NCBI GenBank assembly: GCA_003176035.1
Contig: PSRL01000048.1
Location: 1-36,147 of the forward strand
DNA length: 36,147 nucleotides
Reading direction: 5' to 3'
Source of the DNA: Verrucomicrobiota bacterium
GTDB lineage: Bacteria; Verrucomicrobiota; Verrucomicrobiia; Chthoniobacterales; Xiphinematobacteraceae
Below are positions 11,295 through 20,128 of the stretch, piece by piece; within the stretch, counting starts at the first letter, position 1, and every line of letters starts with the position of its first letter. A program made the translations under genes and the position numbers. The notes below the pieces were generated by a model. The model was given only the letters and a program-made list of their open reading frames with translations. It searched no databases and was not told the origin of the DNA.

Positions 11295-11323
11295 TCGCTC
11301 GCCTCCCCCTGTTAACAAAACGC

Positions 11324-11339
11324 AATGTTAGCTAACATT
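11324..11339. promoter_or_regulatory. Perfect 16-bp palindrome AATGTTAGCTAACATT, candidate operator
   Basis: Self-complementary and located between the divergent treZ and sigma factor starts. Confidence 0.5.
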
Positions 11340-11416
11340 AACATATATTGACTTTCAATCAAGGCAAAGCATGCTATAGTGAATTACGCCAGAAGTACCC
11401 CATTAGGGAGGCCGCT

Positions 11417-12016
11417 ATGGATGTTCCCCCGGACACAGAGTCGACCGCTATAGAAGATAAAGAGCTCATGGAAGCTCTAGTACAACAAAATTCTTTAGCA
11501 CTGGAAAGACTTCATCGGCGCTATAAAGTCATTCTCAAGGCCATTATCTTGCAGGTACTACACGATGAGTCGGATGCGGAAGACGTTTTACAGGACGTTT
11601 TCATTCAGGTCTGGAAGCAAGCAAAGAACTACTCCTCAGAAAAAGGAAAACTTTGCAACTGGTTGGCAACCCTTGCCAGAAGAAGGGCCATTGATTTGGT
11701 GCGGCAGCACTCGGCATACCGCCGGGCAACAGGGCGCTACGAGGTCGCTTATAATTGCTTAAACAAGATACGGGATGAGGGCCGCACAGTGGAACAAATT
11801 CAACAAAAGGACCTGAAGGAGCTGATGGAATATTATCTTCGTAGACTCCCGATTTCCCAGCGACAAGTCATTCACATGACATTTTTCCAAGGTAAAAGTC
11901 AGCGCGAAATTTCGAGTCTTACCGGGACTCCACTTGGTACGGTCAAAACGCGCATCGAACTGGCTATAAAGAAACTCGGCCATGCAATCGGCGGGATACG
12001 AGAAAAGATCCTTTAG
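11417..12016 (+). CDS. ECF (sigma-70 group 4) RNA polymerase sigma factor, SigK-like
   Basis: Region 2 DAEDVLQDVFIQVW...WLATLARRRAID and region 4 SQREIS...PLGTVKTRI. ATG 11417 is preceded by GGAGG, with a TG-extended -10 (TGcTATAGT) at 11372-11380. Confidence 0.9.
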   Translation: MDVPPDTESTAIEDKELMEALVQQNSLALERLHRRYKVILKAIILQVLHDESDAEDVLQDVFIQVWKQAKNYSSEKGKLCNWLATLARRRAIDLVRQHSAYRRATGRYEVAYNCLNKIRDEGRTVEQIQQKDLKELMEYYLRRLPISQRQVIHMTFFQGKSQREISSLTGTPLGTVKTRIELAIKKLGHAIGGIREKIL

Positions 12017-12035
12017 AATTTGTCCGGAAAGTCTG

Positions 12036-12100
12036 TAGAGCCTCTCCCAAAACCTAAAAAGACCGGCGTTGCCAGAAATTTTAAAGCCAGGCGCGGAGAA
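12036..12100 (+). mobile_element. Truncated MITE copy (one end of the long family)
   Basis: tagagcctctcccaaaacctaaaaagaccggcgttgccagaaattttaaagccaggcg closely matches the reverse complement of about 18795-18853. The right boundary is approximate. Confidence 0.75.
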
Positions 12101-12416
12101 CAATCGGTCCATCCGGCGGCTGCCGGACGTGAGGCAAAAAGGCCGGCAACCTCATGGCCATTTCTTGCAATATGTAACTATTGAGTTAACAAATGCTCTG
12201 AAAGAGGCTCAACAGGCGAGCTGCATTGAACCCATCTTTTTTGATACGGATTGTTTGGAGCAATCTGGCAGTGCGGATCAAGTGAGTTTATAAATGTTGC
12301 GAAAGAAACACTCTGCGCGTCGGGAAAAGGCATGGAAAGGGAGGAACAAATTTGACGTAAGGCTGACTCTGTACATATGGAATATCATTTCATAATATTT
12401 TGCAACATGCCGACAT

Positions 12417-14072
12417 ATGAATAACTCCATCCATTGGGCTGGTCTGGGAATTGACGCACTGATCCTCTTTCTCTATTTTGGCCTCATCGTCGGAATCGGT
12501 CTTTATGCGGGACGGAACAACAAGACGCTTCGGGATTTTGCTTTGGGCGGGCGTTCCATTCCCTGGTGGGCGGTACTGGCTTCTATCGTAGCAGCCGAAG
12601 TCAGCGCGGCAACTTTTCTAGGGGCACCCGGAGAAGGCTTTGCCACTCGGAGTTATGCTTACGCTCAGCTTGCGATCGGCACTATCCTTGCGAGATTCCT
12701 AGTAGCTTTCCTTTTTATCGCTCCCTATTACCGATACCGAGTGCAGAGCATTTATGAATTCCTGAATATCCGATTTGGTCCCTGGACCCGTAATACAGCA
12801 AGTTTCATTTTTTTGATTACCCGCGTGCTCGGCATGGGAGTGCGACTTTACCTTGGCGGTGTGATTTTTGTGGTGATCTTGCGTTACCTTTGGCCGGAGG
12901 TACCGATTACCTGGATCTCCTACTTTTGGGGCATCCTTGCCGTCACCCTTCTCACCACTCTCTATACGGCGATAGGCGGTATTAAAGCGGTCGTCTGGAC
13001 AGATCTGATTCAGGCAACCCTCATGGTTGGTGCAATGATTTTTGCATTTTTTACTCTTGTGCGAGATATTCCCGGCGGCTGGGCGACGGTTCATCAGCAA
13101 ACCGAGGGACTCAAAGCAATCGGCATGTTTCACACGGGATGGGACACGACAAAATCCTTCGGAAGTGCATTTGCTCACATGCTGGAACAACCCTACACAA
13201 TCTTTGCGGCCATCCTAGGCTCTACTTTTCTCACCATGGCAACTCATGGAACCGACCAGGACATGGTACAGCGGATGTTGACCGCGGAAAATTCCACCAA
13301 ATCGCGATTGTCACTCATTCTGAGCGGTCTTGTCGATATTCCCCTGGTCCTTTGCTTTCTGAGCGTCGGAATTTTGCTTTGGCTCCGGTATACCTTGCTT
13401 CCCGATCCAAACCTGCCGCAGGAAAGCAATGAGGTTTTTGCCTATTATATTGTCAATCACCTGCCTGTTGGCATTCGAGGCCTCATTATCGCAGGCGTTT
13501 TTGCAACAATGATGGGCTCAACATCGACAGCTCTGAATGCGCTTGCCACTTCTTTTATCAAAGATTTCTACGACCCTTATTTTCGGACCCACGATTCTCC
13601 GCAGCATGAAGTTTTCGCTGCTCGAATCGCAACGGTAGTTTTCGGTGTGCTCATGATTGTGGTGGCTACTTTCACTGCTTACGTCGTTTTGCAAACGCAT
13701 ATTACAATTATCCAACTCGTCTTAGGGATACTGGGTTACACCTATGGCTCACTCCTGGGGGTGTTTCTATTGGGAATGGTAACTAAAAGTCGAGGAGCGG
13801 ATCGCGCAAACTTTTTTGCGATGTTGGTAGGCATTTGTGCGGTGTTGATTTTATGCAAAGTGCATGTTCCAGCGTTCAGCATTCCGGATCTCTTGCACGG
13901 TCGTTGGATTGCCCAATCCTGGAATTTCGGCCAAATGCTTCCCGCTTGGTGGCCGCAAATTGCATCCCCATACTACGTTTTCGTCGGATGTCTCTTTACG
14001 TTAACCGTTGCCCTCTTGTTCCGCACTCCATCGGAACGAACTCGGGAACGTAACAACCTCGTCGAAGAGTGA
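12417..14072 (+). CDS. Sodium:solute symporter (SSS) family transporter
   Basis: 551-aa polytopic membrane protein with LGGRSIPWW, SAATFLG, GGIKAVVWTD, GTDQDMVQR motifs. Confidence 0.92.
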   Translation: MNNSIHWAGLGIDALILFLYFGLIVGIGLYAGRNNKTLRDFALGGRSIPWWAVLASIVAAEVSAATFLGAPGEGFATRSYAYAQLAIGTILARFLVAFLFIAPYYRYRVQSIYEFLNIRFGPWTRNTASFIFLITRVLGMGVRLYLGGVIFVVILRYLWPEVPITWISYFWGILAVTLLTTLYTAIGGIKAVVWTDLIQATLMVGAMIFAFFTLVRDIPGGWATVHQQTEGLKAIGMFHTGWDTTKSFGSAFAHMLEQPYTIFAAILGSTFLTMATHGTDQDMVQRMLTAENSTKSRLSLILSGLVDIPLVLCFLSVGILLWLRYTLLPDPNLPQESNEVFAYYIVNHLPVGIRGLIIAGVFATMMGSTSTALNALATSFIKDFYDPYFRTHDSPQHEVFAARIATVVFGVLMIVVATFTAYVVLQTHITIIQLVLGILGYTYGSLLGVFLLGMVTKSRGADRANFFAMLVGICAVLILCKVHVPAFSIPDLLHGRWIAQSWNFGQMLPAWWPQIASPYYVFVGCLFTLTVALLFRTPSERTRERNNLVEE

Positions 14073-14164
14073 CAATTTGTTTTCGATCTAAATTTGAAGA
14101 GTTACGTCAAGAAAATTGAGTCAATTTGCCAAATCTTTATTTTCAGGCTGTCACGATTTTTTCC

Positions 14165-14193
14165 TTGAGGGGAATTGGTCCCATTTTTAGTCT
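14165..14193 (+). promoter_or_regulatory. Candidate sigma-70 promoter upstream of dnaA
   Basis: TTGAGG (14165-14170), 17-bp spacer, TAGTCT (14188-14193). Confidence 0.4.
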
Positions 14194-14321
14194 GAGCGCC
14201 TGCTTACGGTAGCAGGGAATAACTGAAAGTTAATAAGTTGTGAAAAAAACCTACACCCCCCCAAATGTGTTTTATTCATGAATCTCTCAACTAGTTTTAT
14301 ATTTCTCAAAATGAAACTCTG

Positions 14322-14347
14322 AAAAACGGGCGTGCGCGCCCGTTTTT
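14322..14347. terminator. Bidirectional intrinsic-terminator-like hairpin
   Basis: AAAAACGGGCG-tgcg-CGCCCGTTTTT: GC stem flanked by A5 and T5. Confidence 0.6.
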
Positions 14348-14476
14348 GGGATTCATTGAGAATCCGGATACAAACTCGGTTATTTTTCTTTTCTATGAAA
14401 ATTGCGGATCCAGTTGTTTCTTGTCTAGGCTACTCAATGCAGTATCGGTTAACCAAACGTCGGAAAAGCGAGTCTT

Positions 14477-15916
14477 ATGGAGGAGAGTAACCAACGATTG
14501 GAGAAGAGGCATCGCTCTCATCCTAATATGAGTACAGATCCCACATCCGTTTGGCGGGCAATTTTAGCTCTGATTCAGGACCGGGTCAGCGCAGACGGTT
14601 TCGAGCGCTGGTTTTCCGGCATTCGGATAGTTTCCGGAGACGGAAAATATTTGCGTTTGAAAGTTCCCAATTCCATCCATCAGTTTTTTATTGAAAGCAA
14701 CTACATGAGCTTGCTGAAAACTGCGGTGGAGGAGATTATCCCAGGCGGGCGCGAAATTCAATTTATCCTTCAAGACCACGAGAAAAATCTCGAATCCACA
14801 CCATTAACGCAGACAACGGCAATTTCTGAGGAAAGCCCGAGATCCACTCCCAAAGACACTGCTGCAAAAGACAAAAATATCAGCGTTGGTATCGGCACGG
14901 GAATGCACTCCGGATATACCTTTGAGTCCTTTGTCGTTGGTCCGAACAATCAGTTCGCTTACGCTGCGGCACTCGCTGTGGCGCAATCACCTGCAAAAAC
15001 CTACAATCCTCTGTTTGTTTATGGAGATAGTGGACTTGGAAAAACTCATCTTCTACAGGCAATCGGATATCAGGTATTGACGACAAAGAAGAATGCGAAA
15101 GTGGTGTACCTTTCAAGCGAGCAGTTTACCAATGAATTTATTGACGCCATTCAACATGGAACGCTTTTTAAATTCCGCAAACGGTATCGACAAGCGGATG
15201 TTCTCATGATTGACGATATCCATTTTCTTGCCGGTAAAGAGCGTTCACAGGAAGAATTTTTCCACACCTTTAACACCTTACATGACGGCCATAAGCAGAT
15301 TGTGCTTTCGAGCGACCGTCCAGCCAGTGAGATTGAAAAATTGGAACAACGCCTTGTTTCACGTTTTGAATGGGGAATGACCGCTGAATTGCAGCCTCCC
15401 GATATGGAAACACGGGTTGCAATTCTCCAAAGTATTGCCAGTTCGATGCACATCTTTTTAGAGGCATGGCTCATTGAATTTCTTGCTGACAAGATTCGAA
15501 ATAACATCCGTCGCCTCAAGGGCGCCTTAGTTCGCGTTGCCGGCTATAAATCCCTCAGTGAGCGTCCGCTCAATGTCGAAATCGTAGAGAATCTTTTGCG
15601 AGACATTCTGCAGGAACAGGCTCGGCGCGTGATCACCATTGATCAAATTCAACGCAAAGTAGCCGAGCATTTTGATGTTCGTATTGCTGATATGACTAGC
15701 AAACGACGTCCGGCGGCAATCGCTTTTCCGAGACAAGTGGCCATGTATCTCGCTCGAGAATTGACAAGCTGTTCACTCAACGAAATTGGTGATGCTTTCG
15801 GCGGAAAGGATCACGGCACTGTCATCCATGCCATTAAATTGGTAAAAAAGCGGATGGAAAGTGATGACAAGACCCGCCATATCGTCCTCTCTTTGGATAG
15901 CCAGCTACAAAGATAG
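14477..15916 (+). CDS. dnaA: Chromosomal replication initiator protein DnaA
   Basis: YNPLFVYGDSGLGKTHLL, DDIHFL, QEEFFHTFN, RLVSRFEWG, PRQVAMYL, FGGKDHGTV. An alternative ATG exists at 14528. Confidence 0.98.
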   Translation: MEESNQRLEKRHRSHPNMSTDPTSVWRAILALIQDRVSADGFERWFSGIRIVSGDGKYLRLKVPNSIHQFFIESNYMSLLKTAVEEIIPGGREIQFILQDHEKNLESTPLTQTTAISEESPRSTPKDTAAKDKNISVGIGTGMHSGYTFESFVVGPNNQFAYAAALAVAQSPAKTYNPLFVYGDSGLGKTHLLQAIGYQVLTTKKNAKVVYLSSEQFTNEFIDAIQHGTLFKFRKRYRQADVLMIDDIHFLAGKERSQEEFFHTFNTLHDGHKQIVLSSDRPASEIEKLEQRLVSRFEWGMTAELQPPDMETRVAILQSIASSMHIFLEAWLIEFLADKIRNNIRRLKGALVRVAGYKSLSERPLNVEIVENLLRDILQEQARRVITIDQIQRKVAEHFDVRIADMTSKRRPAAIAFPRQVAMYLARELTSCSLNEIGDAFGGKDHGTVIHAIKLVKKRMESDDKTRHIVLSLDSQLQR

Positions 15917-16136
15917 CCTCTATGTTCACAAAAAACCGCCTTCGCAGTTTCGTCCACAATGTTAAGCCGAAAAGAGGACCTTGTTAATTGCAATTGCCTT
16001 TTTGTTCCCAGAGCCCTTAAAAGGGCGTAACATTAGTCTAAAAGCGGATTTTTGCTGGTGTCTGATAGTTTAATTTTGACAAGAAACCCTTTTGAGCCAT
16101 AGGCATGTCGGTTGATTCCTAGGCAATTATTTCCCC

Positions 16137-17246
16137 ATGAAGCTAGTTGTAACAAAAGAAGCACTTTTGGAAGGATTGCAACGCGCACAGAATGTTGTCG
16201 GCGCACGCCCCACATTGGCTGTTCTTTCTAATGTCCTGTTGGAAACCGTTGAAGGGGGGCTTAGGTTGACAACGACAGACTTGGATACGACTGTTCAATG
16301 TCAAATCCCGGCCCTAAAGATAGAACGTACCGGCTCAACGACTCTACCAGCTCGACGTTTCGCAGCTATTGCACGTGAATTGTGCGGAAGCGAGGTCACT
16401 GTCGAAACAGATTCCAAAAACGACGTTTCAACCATTCGTTGCTCCAATAGTATTTTTAAGATATTTGGTCTTCCGAAAGAAGAATTCCCCAAATTGCCTG
16501 AATTGCAAGATGCCAGCGAAATCATCATCAAACAGGCGGATCTTCGCGACGGTCTCAAACGCACGTCCTATGCCATTTCCATGGATGAAACACGGTATGT
16601 GCTCAATGGAATCTTATTTTCTTTCAAAAACAACCAACTGACTTTGGTTGCTACCGATGGACGTCGTCTGGCCCTTTACGAAACGGAACTTGAACTACCG
16701 CGGAGTCAAGAGAGGGAATTCATCGTCCCAACCAAAACGATTATCGAACTCCAGCGACTTCTGAATGAGGACGCTGAAGTTCGCATTTCGGTGACTCAAA
16801 ATATCGTCGCATTTCATTTAGGAAACGTCCTACTCATTTCCAAACTTGTGGAAGGAAATTATCCGAATTATCGCCAAGTCATTCCTGAAGAAGCGCGCGA
16901 AAAAATCAAACTGGAACGCGAAATGCTCTTGAACATCGTACGCCGCGTTTCCTTGCTCAGTGTGGATAAGAGTAGCTCGGTGAAACTCACTTTTTCCAAA
17001 AATAATATGGATGTGCTGGCTATCTCACCCGAAATCGGAGAGGCCAGAGAGTCCCTACCTATTTCTTACGGAGGCAAAAATTTTTCAATCGCGTTTAATC
17101 CTGAATTTTTGTTGGACCCGTTGCGCAATGTTCCGGATGAGCAAATTGATTTGGCTTTGATTGACGAAATGAGTCCGGGTGTGATCCGCACTCCAACCGG
17201 TAGCAATTTCCTTTACGTTCTCATGCCCATGCGTGTCTCAGTCTAA
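16137..17246 (+). CDS. dnaN: DNA polymerase III beta sliding clamp
   Basis: ETRYVLNG, VATDGRRL, GNYPNY, IAFNPEFL and C-terminal YVLMPMR. Follows dnaA. Confidence 0.97.
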   Translation: MKLVVTKEALLEGLQRAQNVVGARPTLAVLSNVLLETVEGGLRLTTTDLDTTVQCQIPALKIERTGSTTLPARRFAAIARELCGSEVTVETDSKNDVSTIRCSNSIFKIFGLPKEEFPKLPELQDASEIIIKQADLRDGLKRTSYAISMDETRYVLNGILFSFKNNQLTLVATDGRRLALYETELELPRSQEREFIVPTKTIIELQRLLNEDAEVRISVTQNIVAFHLGNVLLISKLVEGNYPNYRQVIPEEAREKIKLEREMLLNIVRRVSLLSVDKSSSVKLTFSKNNMDVLAISPEIGEARESLPISYGGKNFSIAFNPEFLLDPLRNVPDEQIDLALIDEMSPGVIRTPTGSNFLYVLMPMRVSV

Positions 17247-17268
17247 GCTGACCCGACCCCAGATTGGC

Positions 17269-17521
17269 ATATTCACATGAGGTACGCTAAGATTTCTGCT
17301 ACTGATGTTGTTCCCAACATCATTTTATCCGCGCCATCCGGTAGAGAGTGAACGCTTCATTGACGCAAGATTCTCAAACGCGGAAGGTTGCGGAAAAGAA
17401 GTGGAAAATATAGCGAAACCCCTATAAAATGATCACAAATTTAGAACCTGATACCAGAAGTTATTCATAGGGACGGCAGAAAGGTATCACAAATCCGTAA
17501 AAGAGCTGACAATGTGAATAA
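17269..17521. promoter_or_regulatory. Cluster of DnaA-box-like 9-mers (candidate oriC component)
   Basis: Against TTWTNCACA: exact match at 17513 (TGTGAATAA), one mismatch at 17269, 17389, 17400 and 17461. Further exact boxes at 14239 and 16961. Confidence 0.4.
17303..17326 (+). terminator. Possible terminator after dnaN
   Basis: TGATGTTG-ttcc-CAACATCA followed by TTTT. Confidence 0.4.
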
Positions 17522-17545
17522 CTTTGGAAGTGGTATCAGGTTCTA
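17442..17545. mobile_element. 104-bp MITE-like element with perfect 15-bp terminal inverted repeats
   Basis: TAGAACCTGATACCA ... TGGTATCAGGTTCTA, plus an inner inverted pair AAGTTATTCA/TGAATAACTT. Confidence 0.75.
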
Positions 17546-17839
17546 GTTCGTATTTTGTTCTTCGGGTACGGTGCAAAAGCGCGCCCATATCCCATGATAT
17601 GAACTTGGTTTTGCAATAATGGCCGAGGGAAAAGATTCACAAAGTTGCTCTCATTTTATAGGTGTTTCAGTATAACAGTAATTCACTCGACCGGGATTCC
17701 CAAAAAGTTGGGAGTCGAAATGATTGCTCCTCATCGCAATAAATCGACCTTCGGAAAACATTACCCAAGCCGGCTGACCTCTCCGGCGCTACCAACGCCA
17801 TTGGATTCTGGAACGGACTATCGGCTGACTTCAACACTT

Positions 17840-17866
17840 TTGCAGCCTTTGCAGCCTTTGCAGCCG
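17840..17866 (+). repeat. 9-bp tandem repeat x3
   Basis: ttgcagcct-ttgcagcct-ttgcagccg. Confidence 0.8.
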
Positions 17867-17948
17867 CTGGGAACGCTCTCACCTTTTACTCCGCACCCCC
17901 CCCTTAGCATACTCTATTTTATTATTGAATCAGGTTTTGGCATAGATT

Positions 17949-18605
17949 CTATCCTCTCCGAAACAAATATCCCATTCCACAGACAATACGCATGCCACCT
18001 TTTTCTAGGGGGGTACATTCGTGCAAGACATGTCCCCCCGCGAGTAAAATACCTGAACCAGGTCTTAAATCGATTTCTCGAATTTTCCGAGGTAAGACGG
18101 GGCTTCCCTTTTTTTGTAATTTCTCAAAGTTACAGACATTAGGAAGATATAATCTGAGCAAGCCCCCTCTTTCTACATCCGAACCATATTTTCTGTTTAG
18201 ACAGATGAGGAGCATGCAGTCTGATAAAATATGATCAAAATGCGGCTTAATGTACGCATCCTCAAAATAAACGTAATATCCGCACCGATTGTTTTGTTTC
18301 AATGACTCCGCAAGAGGCAGGCGAATCAACTCTTCAAGCGATTGGCTTTTATAAATCTCCGTTAACAACGGCGGATTAATGATTTCCAATCGTTTTTGGT
18401 TCGCATCTTGTGATACGCTGTCTTTAATATCCTTGCGCTCAAACTGGGTTTGTCCCAGGGACTCACTCTCGTGGCGCAGCTCTTCAAACCAGTGACGGTC
18501 CGCAAACGTCTCAATCAATATGTAGCCATCTTCTTTTAGTGACCTCATCTCTGACACTCCATACTTTGATATGCCCTCATGTACCTTTTGCTTTGCTTGT
18601 TTCAT
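17949..18605 (-). CDS. 2-oxoglutarate/Fe(II)-dependent oxygenase
   Basis: HxD (PHFDH), GGLL strand, distal His (VLHECTP) and 2OG-binding Arg (GMRIV). Confidence 0.8.
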   Translation of the reverse strand: MKQAKQKVHEGISKYGVSEMRSLKEDGYILIETFADRHWFEELRHESESLGQTQFERKDIKDSVSQDANQKRLEIINPPLLTEIYKSQSLEELIRLPLAESLKQNNRCGYYVYFEDAYIKPHFDHILSDCMLLICLNRKYGSDVERGGLLRLYLPNVCNFEKLQKKGSPVLPRKIREIDLRPGSGILLAGGHVLHECTPLEKGGMRIVCGMGYLFRRG

Positions 18606-18630
18606 CCGGATACCACCGTCCGCATATGAC

Positions 18631-18853
18631 TAGACCCTCTCCCAAAACCTACGAAGGCTGGCGCGAGAAGCAATTCTGACATAGAATCTGAAGTAAGTTT
18701 GGTCAGATAACCTCCTCGTTACCTGACCATTTCAAGCGACCCCATCCTATGGCAAAGAAACTGTTGCCCGGCGGGTTACCTCCACATTGGAGCCTCGCCT
18801 GGCTCCAATATTTCTGGCAACGCCGGTCTTCTTAGGTTTGGGGAGAGGGTCTA
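18631..18853. mobile_element. 223-bp MITE, long family
   Basis: TAGACCCTCTCCCAAAACCTA ... TAGGTTTGGGGAGAGGGTCTA (21-bp inverted repeat, one mismatch, TA at both ends). Interior is colinear with the copies at 28875 and 33092. Confidence 0.85.
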
Positions 18854-19897
18854 CAAAAGCACTTCACAGATCCGCATGATTTTCGTATAGGTGGTGATTT
18901 CCTTATCTATTAGTATTTCTAGTTTATATGTTAACGTCCGAATGCTCTTTATTTGGTTATTAAAACTACTTTTTAGCATCTGAAGAAGCCATTGTTCCCA
19001 TTTTGAAATGAGTTCCTGGATCTCGCTTTCCAGACCACTTTGCGGCAACACTTTTTTGAGCACAGCAAGGGTATAGTAATGATAAGTTACCGATTCGTTG
19101 ACCCATTCTCTAAAAAAAAACCGCACAAGTTGATTTCTATTAGGAAAGTGGTCGATGGTCTGAAACATGCGATGAATTTTAAACAAGGCTTTAATTCCAG
19201 TATATTGGTTTTCCGAGCAATCCGGAGCATTTAAAAACCCAGTGAGCCCGCTCATAAATTTCTCCATCAAAACCCGCTGCTTATCGATATCCCTGATACA
19301 ACCTGCCAACCGTTTCCAAAATTGTTCCTCGAATATAAAAAATTCAAAGTTCGCTTTTCCCCACCCCTTTTTGATGTCATAAAAATTAGCCCATCCATGA
19401 TATGGAATCGAGTGGAAAGAAGGAACGCAGCTATCACTGATAAAAATTTCCGTCTCTTCAGCATTTAAGCCGATTGGATTGACAAAGTGCGTATTTCCTA
19501 CGGCCGAATGACAAGGTTGTGCCATTTTCTCCGGCCCTAGAAGCACCGATCGGTAATTGCAGGCAATAGGAGCAATGTTAATGGAAAGGCATCGGTCTTT
19601 GCTAATACCATTTTTGAGCAGGCTCATTGCCTCTGCCTCATTTACAAATTCTCCGTCAATAAATGAAACATCGTATTGCCGACAAAAACTAAACAATGAT
19701 TCAAAAATATCCATCGAAAGTGTAAAGAACATCCCTTCCGGTATCTGAAATTCCTGATAAGAAAGGAAAAATCCGTTTCCTATAAAAAAGATCTCCTCCT
19801 CTTCAAGATCAATCCCACGATAATGGCAGTAGTTTCGAAAACAACCTAAGCCACAGTGGAAACCAACTTTCGTACGATATTGTGATTTATAAATCAT
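18851..19897 (-). CDS. BtrH N-terminal-domain protein (putative ACP-dependent acyltransferase)
   Basis: N-terminal HCGLGCFRNYCHYRGIDLEEEEIFFIGNG resembles the BtrH_N pattern, and a second His occurs in THFV. ATG at 19897 preferred. Confidence 0.7.
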   Translation of the reverse strand: MIYKSQYRTKVGFHCGLGCFRNYCHYRGIDLEEEEIFFIGNGFFLSYQEFQIPEGMFFTLSMDIFESLFSFCRQYDVSFIDGEFVNEAEAMSLLKNGISKDRCLSINIAPIACNYRSVLLGPEKMAQPCHSAVGNTHFVNPIGLNAEETEIFISDSCVPSFHSIPYHGWANFYDIKKGWGKANFEFFIFEEQFWKRLAGCIRDIDKQRVLMEKFMSGLTGFLNAPDCSENQYTGIKALFKIHRMFQTIDHFPNRNQLVRFFFREWVNESVTYHYYTLAVLKKVLPQSGLESEIQELISKWEQWLLQMLKSSFNNQIKSIRTLTYKLEILIDKEITTYTKIMRICEVLL

Positions 19898-20046
19898 GAA
19901 CAACCGCCGTCCCAGCGCTTGATAAATAAATATAGCATTCCAAAAACATTTTTCAATAAACAACCGAAAATGTTCCGCTCCCTCCAGCCATTCTCACAAA
20001 TAGAAGGGGCCTAAATAAGTTTTTAAATATATAACAGACACAAAAT

Positions 20047-20065
20047 TTGTAACATTTAGTTACAA
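20047..20065. promoter_or_regulatory. Spaced palindrome TTGTAAC-N5-GTTACAA, candidate operator
   Basis: Perfect 7-bp arms in the AT-rich divergent gap between the BtrH-like and NYN genes. Confidence 0.5.
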
Positions 20066-20128
20066 TCTGTTCTTCAGATACACCTAAAATTCATTGTAGC
20101 CCTTTTTATGATGGGCTAATGCTTTTTC

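Noticed and set aside
12069-12293. 74-aa ORF as a possible anti-sigma factor
   Set aside because: Starts inside the MITE remnant and has no transmembrane or zinc-binding anti-sigma motif.
690-16641. Many short ORFs overlapping cfa, treS, treY, treZ, the symporter, dnaA and dnaN
   Set aside because: Shadow frames of well-supported genes with no motifs of their own.
17645-18142. 165-aa plus-strand ORF containing LQPLQPLQP
   Set aside because: Overlaps the oxygenase antisense and has no domain. A shorter orphan from ATG 17720 cannot be excluded.
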